Virus record (IMG/VR): IMGVR_UViG_3300047160_007939
Location: 32,001-96,000 of that record
Strand: one strand, 5' to 3'
DNA length: 64,000 nt
Origin: a virus
Shown here: one piece after another, positions 57,771-64,000 of the stretch
How the letters are laid out: each line of letters starts with the position of its first letter
Position numbering within the stretch: position 1 is the first letter of the stretch
Notes under the pieces: model-generated
What the model saw: only the letters and a program-made list of their open reading frames with translations
Databases searched by the model: none
What the model was told of the DNA's origin: nothing
Position numbers and translations under genes: made by a program

Positions 57771-58228
57771 GCAGCCGCGACGAGCGAGAGAAGTTCGAGC
57801 GCCTGATGCGCGAGAGCGGCGTCAACATCCCTGACGACTGGCAGGGGAAGGCCAGGGAGCAGCATGAAGGTGAGGGCCATACGGTGGCCCTCACCGACCG
57901 GCCCGACGACCCGGAAGTGGATGCCGTCTTCGACAACGTGCTCGGCATCGTGCGGGAAGCGGGACTGAAGGATAGGCAGGTGGTGGAGCTGTTTGCCACC
58001 ATCCTGGGTCGCAGCGTGGTGAACCGCGCCGTGAAGCGCGGGGCGATGGAAGGCAGCGAGGCGATGGTCGAGGTGATTGGCGCTGCCGCGATGCCGGGCT
58101 GCTTTGCCGGCTTCGTGATGCTGAACCTCACTCGTGGGAAGGCGTTCAGTCTGACCGCGAGCATCCATCATCTGCTCACCGACATGGTGGGCTTCGGCAA
58201 GCGTGGTGACGACCGAAAGGAGAGCTGA
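57767..58228 (+). CDS. hypothetical protein (153 aa)
   Basis: GTGA overlap; AAAGGAG RBS. Confidence 0.6.
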   Translation: MSSRDEREKFERLMRESGVNIPDDWQGKAREQHEGEGHTVALTDRPDDPEVDAVFDNVLGIVREAGLKDRQVVELFATILGRSVVNRAVKRGAMEGSEAMVEVIGAAAMPGCFAGFVMLNLTRGKAFSLTASIHHLLTDMVGFGKRGDDRKES

Positions 58229-58232
58229 ACTG

Positions 58233-59699
58233 ATGACCGATGGAATGAAGGAGATGCTGGACAGTGACGGGATCGCGCGGCGCGTCTTCAAGCCGAACCT
58301 GAAGAAGCTCGCGGACGAGAGCGTGCGGGTTTCCGTACACATCCGCTATTGGGTGTCCGACCGGGCGCTCGGGCTTCACGACCTGGGGCTTGATGCCGGC
58401 GGCGAAGACCTCCAGGCGTATGCCGACGAGTTCTTGAAGCTGGGTCGCCAGGGGCTGATGCCGCGCCGCTACACGAAGCGCCTGATGGCGATCTGCGAGC
58501 AGGGCCGGAACCTCAACCGCATCTACGGATACAAGTGGCCGGAGAGCGGCTACTTCGTGGCGAAGCGCGACTTCTTGAACTGGTATACCAGCCAGAAGCG
58601 CGTGCTGAAGGAGTTCCAGGCGTGGGTGGAGTGGGCCGTGAACACCTACGACGAGTGGGTGGCCGAGGTGAAGGAAGCCTACATCGGGCGTGCCCGGATG
58701 GTGATCGCCATCAAGCGCGGACGCTCCGTGAAAGAGGCGGCTCGCTGGATCAACAATCCCGAGGTAGAGGTCGGCCCGGAAGCCCTCTCGATGATCGACC
58801 GGCTGATGTCGGAGATACCCTCGAAGGGCGAGCTGGCCGGCAAGTACTCCTACGACTGGATGGTTGAGGTCGTGGAGATGCCGGAGGTGCTGGGGAGCGG
58901 GCTGAACGTCACCGAGCTGGAAGCCAGGGCGAAGATGGCGGCGGATGCCGTCGCCTCGCTCGACATCCAGATCGAGCAGAAGGCGAAGACGCTCTACGAC
59001 GATGAAGCCCGCCAGCAGATGCTGATCCGGCTCCAGACCGAGCGCGCGAACGCGGCAGCGGAGCAGGTGGCGGCACAGGCGAAGCTGGACGCCGAGGTAG
59101 CGATCCAGAAGGAGCTGCTGGAGCACACCGCTGCGACCCGGAAGGAGCAGATCGAAGACCGGTTGTCGCAGGCCGGCGCGCAGGTGATGCACCTCGTTTG
59201 GCAGGTGGCCGAGGGGATCAAAGAGAGCGACCGGGACAGCTCCTGGAAGCTGCACGGCAGACAGATGAGCAAGCTGGTCAATCTCGTCTCGCGGCTGCGG
59301 TCCTTCTCCGACATCTGCGATGCGCCGGGGATTGACACGCTCGCCGCCGAGGTAGCGAAGATGGTGGACGATGCGAAGGAAGCGAAGAGCGCGAAGGATG
59401 TCCACGAGGCGCTCGCCGACCTCTCGCTCGTGGCCCAGGACGAGCTGATAGTGCTGCGACAGACCAGCCGCAGCCCGCTGGAAGTCGAGAACCTGCCCTC
59501 GGGCAAGATCGACCAGGGCGCGCTGCGGAAGGCCCGCGAGCGGTTCGCCCTGCCGGTGGATGCGCCGAAGATGGAGAAGCGCGCTCGCCGGAGCCGGGTG
59601 CGGCTGCCTCTCGACGCTGGCGATGACGGCAACGGGAGAACGGACGCCGAGAAGGTGGCCGCGATCCACAGCGCCGTCGCCGCCGAGGTAGAAGCGTGA
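58233..59699 (+). CDS. hypothetical coiled-coil protein (DUF3150-like position)
   Basis: GAAAGGAG RBS; long helical ORF in the DUF1257/AAA operon. Confidence 0.65.
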   Translation: MTDGMKEMLDSDGIARRVFKPNLKKLADESVRVSVHIRYWVSDRALGLHDLGLDAGGEDLQAYADEFLKLGRQGLMPRRYTKRLMAICEQGRNLNRIYGYKWPESGYFVAKRDFLNWYTSQKRVLKEFQAWVEWAVNTYDEWVAEVKEAYIGRARMVIAIKRGRSVKEAARWINNPEVEVGPEALSMIDRLMSEIPSKGELAGKYSYDWMVEVVEMPEVLGSGLNVTELEARAKMAADAVASLDIQIEQKAKTLYDDEARQQMLIRLQTERANAAAEQVAAQAKLDAEVAIQKELLEHTAATRKEQIEDRLSQAGAQVMHLVWQVAEGIKESDRDSSWKLHGRQMSKLVNLVSRLRSFSDICDAPGIDTLAAEVAKMVDDAKEAKSAKDVHEALADLSLVAQDELIVLRQTSRSPLEVENLPSGKIDQGALRKARERFALPVDAPKMEKRARRSRVRLPLDAGDDGNGRTDAEKVAAIHSAVAAEVEA

Positions 59700-60145
59700 G
59701 CGGCAAGATCGAGGTGGGGGGCACGCCGGCCCCCCACCTGCTCACCAGCGGCCAAGTGGCCCAACGGTACGGCATCCCTCGTGGGCGTGTGAACGCGGAC
59801 ATCTCCGCCGGCAGGCTGAAGGCCACTCGCTTCGTACCGAAGGGCGCGGCCATCTCGGCCAACGTCTCGCCCTACTACATCAGGGCGGAAGACGCCGAGG
59901 CGTGGTGGACCGAGCTGTACCGTGGGGACGGCCTGCTCACGGTCGAAGCGGCGTGCCGCCGCGCGCAGTGTGATAGGAACACGATCACGCGCGCCGTGAG
60001 GGAAGGCCGGCTGGCCGTGGCTGCCACGGTCTTCGGCTACCCCCGCTTCGAGAAGGCCGACATCGACCTCTGGGCCAGGGAGCATCTGGAACCAGGACCT
60101 CGCCGGCAGGGAAGGCCACGCCGGAAGGACCTCGCCGCCGCCTGA
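59696..60145 (+). CDS. tandem MerR/excisionase-type HTH protein
   Basis: Two LLT...A.......V...I..GRL.A repeats. Confidence 0.75.
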   Translation: MSGKIEVGGTPAPHLLTSGQVAQRYGIPRGRVNADISAGRLKATRFVPKGAAISANVSPYYIRAEDAEAWWTELYRGDGLLTVEAACRRAQCDRNTITRAVREGRLAVAATVFGYPRFEKADIDLWAREHLEPGPRRQGRPRRKDLAAA

Positions 60146-60220
60146 CCCCAGGCGGCGGGGCCTACCCCTTTGTTACGGAATTGTGACAAAACAATCCACA
60201 CAAAGACAAAAGCAGGTATA

Positions 60221-60249
60221 TTGACATTGGTCGATGGATTTGGTATAAT
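60221..60249 (+). promoter_or_regulatory. consensus sigma70 promoter with A-rich UP element
   Basis: TTGACA-N17-TATAAT, TG extension. Confidence 0.85.
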
Positions 60250-60254
60250 GTAGT

Positions 60255-60745
60255 AGGCTCGAAATTGAGCCTCGGACGGACTTGACAATCGGGCAGCGCG
60301 GCTAGAGAGCCGCATCGGAGACGAGCCGCTGGCGTCGTGATGGCGTGCAGCGTTGGACCCCGGAGACACAGGGAGCCGTGAGGTGACCGGACCCTGGTGA
60401 GCGGCAGGCGCGGCGCGGAACGCCCGATTGACGGGATTGACAACTGAAGAGCCGAAAGGCAACTGGTTCCCGGCCAGCGGGGGAGTGTGACCCCCGTCTC
60501 TTGTGGCCGGTGAGGGTGGGCGCGAGGTGTGCCCACCAACCGGGAGCACAGGGCGGAGCGCGTGGGCTTTCGATGGGTGCAATGCCCGCCACCGCGCAGG
60601 CGTGGTGCAGCTAGCAGGCTGGACCCGCGCGCTCCGCTCTGTGCTCCTCGCTCCCCGTGGTAGCCGACCTCTGCGCGGTGGGGAGTAGGCCACGCTATCA
60701 GAGCGTGGGCCAGTGGCTACCGAACTGTGGTGACAGAACGAGAGA
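60255..60745 (+). ncRNA. candidate ~490-nt structured leader/ncRNA
   Basis: No credible ORF; many long stems; boxA-like TTGACAACTGAA. Confidence 0.5.
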
Positions 60746-60751
60746 ACCGAT

Positions 60752-60931
60752 ATGTCTCAAGCACAAGCACAAGCCTACATCCAGAACGGCTACTCGTTCC
60801 CCGCGAGCGAGAGCGACTACGACCAGGACCTCATCGCCCTCATCGCCAGCGAGCGTGGGGGACAGGCGTGGGAAGATGCCCAGGCCAACGATGAGGTCTA
60901 CGACCGGATGACCGGCATCGGATGGAGCTGA
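60752..60931 (+). CDS. hypothetical protein (59 aa)
   Basis: MSQAQAQAYIQ...; TGATG coupling to the next gene. Confidence 0.55.
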   Translation: MSQAQAQAYIQNGYSFPASESDYDQDLIALIASERGGQAWEDAQANDEVYDRMTGIGWS

Positions 60932-61299
60932 TGAACAAGACAAGCAACGAGACACTGGTAGACAAGTTCGAGGCAGGCACGCACCTGCCCGAAGCGAAGG
61001 CCACGAAGCCGGCGACGATCATCGCCAGCAACCTCTTCGGCCTGGATGAGACGACCATCGTCCGTACCCGCAAGCATCCCCAGGAAGGCTTTTCCATCTT
61101 CCTTCAGGTCGCCTCGCGGGAAGGGGGCGTGGTCCAGCTTGTCCTGGGCCGGCAGGTCTGCGATGCCATCTACCGGCAGCGTGACCGCCTGATGGACCGT
61201 TCGACGCCGGCCAGCCGGCAGCGAGCGAGAGCGAGCCGGGAGCGCGCCAGGGTGCGCGCAGCGAAGGCTGCGAAGAAAGCGGCGAAGGCCGCGAGCTGA
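60931..61299 (+). CDS. hypothetical protein with basic C-terminal tail
   Basis: Coupled start; AAKAAKKAAKAAS tail. Confidence 0.6.
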   Translation: MNKTSNETLVDKFEAGTHLPEAKATKPATIIASNLFGLDETTIVRTRKHPQEGFSIFLQVASREGGVVQLVLGRQVCDAIYRQRDRLMDRSTPASRQRARASRERARVRAAKAAKKAAKAAS

Positions 61300-61362
61300 C
61301 ACACAGGCCGGTGGGTGGAGAGCTGCCGCCCACCGACCTGACTTCCCAGAAAGGAGAACTGG

Positions 61363-61551
61363 ATGTCAGTCGAAGAGCTGGAGCGGATGCGAGAGCGCAT
61401 CCTGCCGGTGCTGGAGAGCGCGCAGCGCCTCTGGCGTGACCTGCCGGCGAATGCGCCGGTGGCGTTGGAGATGGAGCTGATTGAGGCAGGCAACAGCCTG
61501 CACCGAGCGATGGACGAGGCAAAGCTCGCCATCAAGAAAGGAGACAGGTGA
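61363..61551 (+). CDS. hypothetical protein (62 aa)
   Basis: GAAAGGAG RBS. Confidence 0.6.
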   Translation: MSVEELERMRERILPVLESAQRLWRDLPANAPVALEMELIEAGNSLHRAMDEAKLAIKKGDR

Positions 61552-62333
61552 CGACTATGGCTGGAATGATTGACGGGATGAGAGCTGACCTTCTGGCGCA
61601 AGACCAGGAGCGGTGTCTCGGGAGTGGCCGACCCTCGCCCGACTGGATCACGAGCGACGAGAGCCGGCCCCGGTACGGTGGAGCGGAGAAGCAGGTGCTG
61701 ACCTCCGACCGTGGCAAGAGCGTGGAGACGAACCTCACCGACGACGAGGCGTTCGAGATACTGGTTGGGATCCGCAGGCCGAGCAACTTCGCCCAGGACC
61801 TGATCGTGGCTTACCGCAAGAAGGGCTGGAGCCACAACCAGCGGGTATGGGGGCACATCATCGCCCTCGGCGAGTTGAACCCCGAGCCGAAGCCTGCCGG
61901 CGAGCAGGTGACGAACGACATCGGCGGGCTGCTGGGTGTCTTCAAGCGTGCCCAGAGCCGCCTCAAGTTCCCGAAGGTGCGGCTTGCCGCAAGTGACGGA
62001 ACGCCGGTGCGCTTTGGCATCGCCGGCCCGAGGAGCAAGCACGTCGGGACCATCGGCATCACGGACGACGGCGAGTACGGGTTCGACCAGAAGTGGTTCG
62101 GTCGCATCCATCTCGACGGCAAGTTCGAGAAGGGCCGGAACCTCACGCCGGCTGTAGAGCAGGTCATCCGCGACTTCGCCAGCGACCCGGCCGGGACAGC
62201 GGCAGCCTACGGCAAGAAGAGCGGCCACTGCTGCTTCTGCAATGCCGAGCTGACCGACGAGCGAAGCCGCTTCGTTGGATACGGCAAGATATGCGCCGGC
62301 AACTGGAAGCTGCCGTGGGGAGAGAAGGAGTGA
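61548..62333 (+). CDS. DUF6011-like protein
   Basis: C-terminal CCFCNAELTDERS..VGYGKICA. Confidence 0.7.
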   Translation: MTTMAGMIDGMRADLLAQDQERCLGSGRPSPDWITSDESRPRYGGAEKQVLTSDRGKSVETNLTDDEAFEILVGIRRPSNFAQDLIVAYRKKGWSHNQRVWGHIIALGELNPEPKPAGEQVTNDIGGLLGVFKRAQSRLKFPKVRLAASDGTPVRFGIAGPRSKHVGTIGITDDGEYGFDQKWFGRIHLDGKFEKGRNLTPAVEQVIRDFASDPAGTAAAYGKKSGHCCFCNAELTDERSRFVGYGKICAGNWKLPWGEKE

Positions 62334-62526
62334 GCCGGCTGGCCGGCCCAAGCCGGCTGCCCTTCGTTTCGTGGCGAGCCGCCGTTCACCGGCGGCAGCC
62401 ACGGAACGGAAAGAAGACCCTCTGCGGCCTGACCATCCCCTCGCCGGTGAAGGTCGGGCCGGTGGGCTACTTCGAGCGGGTTACCCCGTTCCACCACTGC
62501 ATCCACTGCCGGAGAAAGGAGAACCG

Positions 62527-62811
62527 ATGATGGACAAGCTGGACTGGCTGGTGCTGGCCCGAAACATCCACCGCTACCTCTGCGTCTCGCCCACCACGGG
62601 CGAGGTGCTGTGCCGGCACAGAAGCGGCTGGGCGTGCGTCGGTCACCGGCCCGGCGCGAAGGTGGAAGCCGAGCTGACGAACGGAGCGCGCGTGCCGATC
62701 CGCTTCGAGCGGTTGCACGCGAGCAATGGGGAGAGGGCGCTTCTGCCCTACCCCGCGAGCGATGAGGCGATGGCCGTGGTGTGGGCTGCCGACCGAAAGG
62801 AGAGCAAGTGA
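62527..62811 (+). CDS. hypothetical protein
   Basis: AAAGGAG RBS. Confidence 0.5.
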   Translation: MMDKLDWLVLARNIHRYLCVSPTTGEVLCRHRSGWACVGHRPGAKVEAELTNGARVPIRFERLHASNGERALLPYPASDEAMAVVWAADRKESK

Positions 62812-63068
62812 TGGCCTATCGCTACCGCAAGACCCCCAAGCAGCGGGGCATCGACGGAGTGGACGAGGTGCTCCGCTTCTGGCTCAACCGCGAGCCGAAC
62901 AACAAGCGCGAGATTGACATGCTCCGCAACGCTCTCGCGCTACCGAAGATGGACGTGGCCCAGCTTCAAGCGACGAGGATACTCCTCTGCCGGCTGATGG
63001 TGGCGAAGAACCACGCTGCCGGCGAGTTCGCCGAATGGCTGGAGACAGGGGGCGACGATGCTTCGTGA
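62811..63068 (+). CDS. hypothetical protein
   Basis: GAAAGGAG RBS, TGATG coupling. Confidence 0.55.
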   Translation: MAYRYRKTPKQRGIDGVDEVLRFWLNREPNNKREIDMLRNALALPKMDVAQLQATRILLCRLMVAKNHAAGEFAEWLETGGDDAS

Positions 63069-63306
63069 CCGTAACGGTATCCCGCTCTGGCGGGTGTTCA
63101 TCCACTTCGTCACCGCAGACGGCAACAACGCGCTGCGGTGGCAGACGTGGAGCGGCGAGACGGCCCAGGATGCCCTGGACAAAGCCGCCGCCTATCTCAC
63201 TGACTGGATGCGCGAGCATCTGGTAGAGGTCGGCGTTGAGCCTGCACCGGCCCCGGCGGGGTTCGTGGGCTACGAACCTCACTGGTATGCCCAGGCAGGA
63301 AGGTGA
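63058..63306 (+). CDS. hypothetical protein
   Basis: Overlapping operon context. Confidence 0.5.
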   Translation: MLRDRNGIPLWRVFIHFVTADGNNALRWQTWSGETAQDALDKAAAYLTDWMREHLVEVGVEPAPAPAGFVGYEPHWYAQAGR

Positions 63307-63608
63307 CGACGATGAGCGTGATGCAGAGCAGCCACCAGGAGCGATGGGAAGAGATGCGCCGGGAGTGGGATGTCTACTGCCGCAACCTGGAGCGGCTGAA
63401 GCAGCAGAAGCGTGACGAGCAAGAGCGGCAGCCGGTGGCGGGCCGCATCTACTACGGCCCGAAGTATGCCAGCGACTGCGATGGCTGCGGCTACGAGGGC
63501 GAGGGCTTCCGCCGCTACGACGAAGACCCGGCGCAGGTTCCCGTGGGGGAGCAGTGCTGCGAGCTGCTCGAATGTCCGAAGTGTGGCTACGGCCACTTCA
63601 TCCGCTGA
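63303..63608 (+). CDS. small Zn-ribbon protein
   Basis: CDGCG...CC...CPKCG. Confidence 0.55.
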   Translation: MTTMSVMQSSHQERWEEMRREWDVYCRNLERLKQQKRDEQERQPVAGRIYYGPKYASDCDGCGYEGEGFRRYDEDPAQVPVGEQCCELLECPKCGYGHFIR

Positions 63609-63621
63609 AGGGAGAACAACG

Positions 63622-63981
63622 ATGGCACGATGGCGACGACGGGAGTTCGTGAAGCCGAAGACGAACGCGCCGATCCGTGACGGCGAGCTGGACATCACGG
63701 TGCGGCTGTCCGACAACGGCCAACAGGCTGTGATCGAAGGTCCATCGGACAGGGTGCTCTCGCTCTTGGGCTTCGCATCCGACCGGCACGCAAAGGTGGC
63801 CGAGGAGGTGCGGAAGCGCCACAACGAGAGCAACAGTGAGGAGAGCGCGAACAAGCTGGTGAGCTGGAGTGGCCGGTTCGGAAAGCTCTACCACCGGGCG
63901 AGCACGAGAGCCGGCAACCTGAAGTTCGGACGAGACAGAAAGGAGAAGGTAGCGAGATGGCCGTTCCCCGTGAGCAGGTAG
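63622..63981 (+). CDS. hypothetical protein
   Basis: GGGAG RBS. Confidence 0.55.
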   Translation: MARWRRREFVKPKTNAPIRDGELDITVRLSDNGQQAVIEGPSDRVLSLLGFASDRHAKVAEEVRKRHNESNSEESANKLVSWSGRFGKLYHRASTRAGNLKFGRDRKEKVARWPFPVSR

Positions 63982-64000
63982 ATGGCGACAACGGATTGAT

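Overview
A GC-rich segment of a large tailed dsDNA (pro)phage genome. About 1-55 kb is transcribed leftward (minus strand) and 55-64 kb rightward from a back-to-back promoter region. The minus arm encodes a 2599-aa repeat/Gly-rich fibre-like protein, a portal, a primase, a dCMP deaminase, HNH nucleases, five tRNAs interleaved with structured RNA candidates, and a probable endolysin. It also carries a large terminase with an intein whose HNH nuclease is encoded antisense, a small terminase, four DNA methyltransferases, RNase H, a ParB-like protein, a family A DNA polymerase, DnaB and a replication initiator with internal iterons. The main finding is an RNA-guided TIGR-Tas-like system. A nuclease-less Nop-domain (IS110/TasA-like) gene (34168-35334) accompanies seven dispersed dual-repeat arrays (two alternating ~9-nt repeats separated by ~9-nt unique spacers, 36-nt period). 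Two arrays sit in-frame inside protein genes and three bracket the Tas gene and two methyltransferases. A 14-bp motif (GCCGGCTGGCCGGC) is also scattered at least 15 times across the window. All family calls come from motif recognition by eye; no database search was run.
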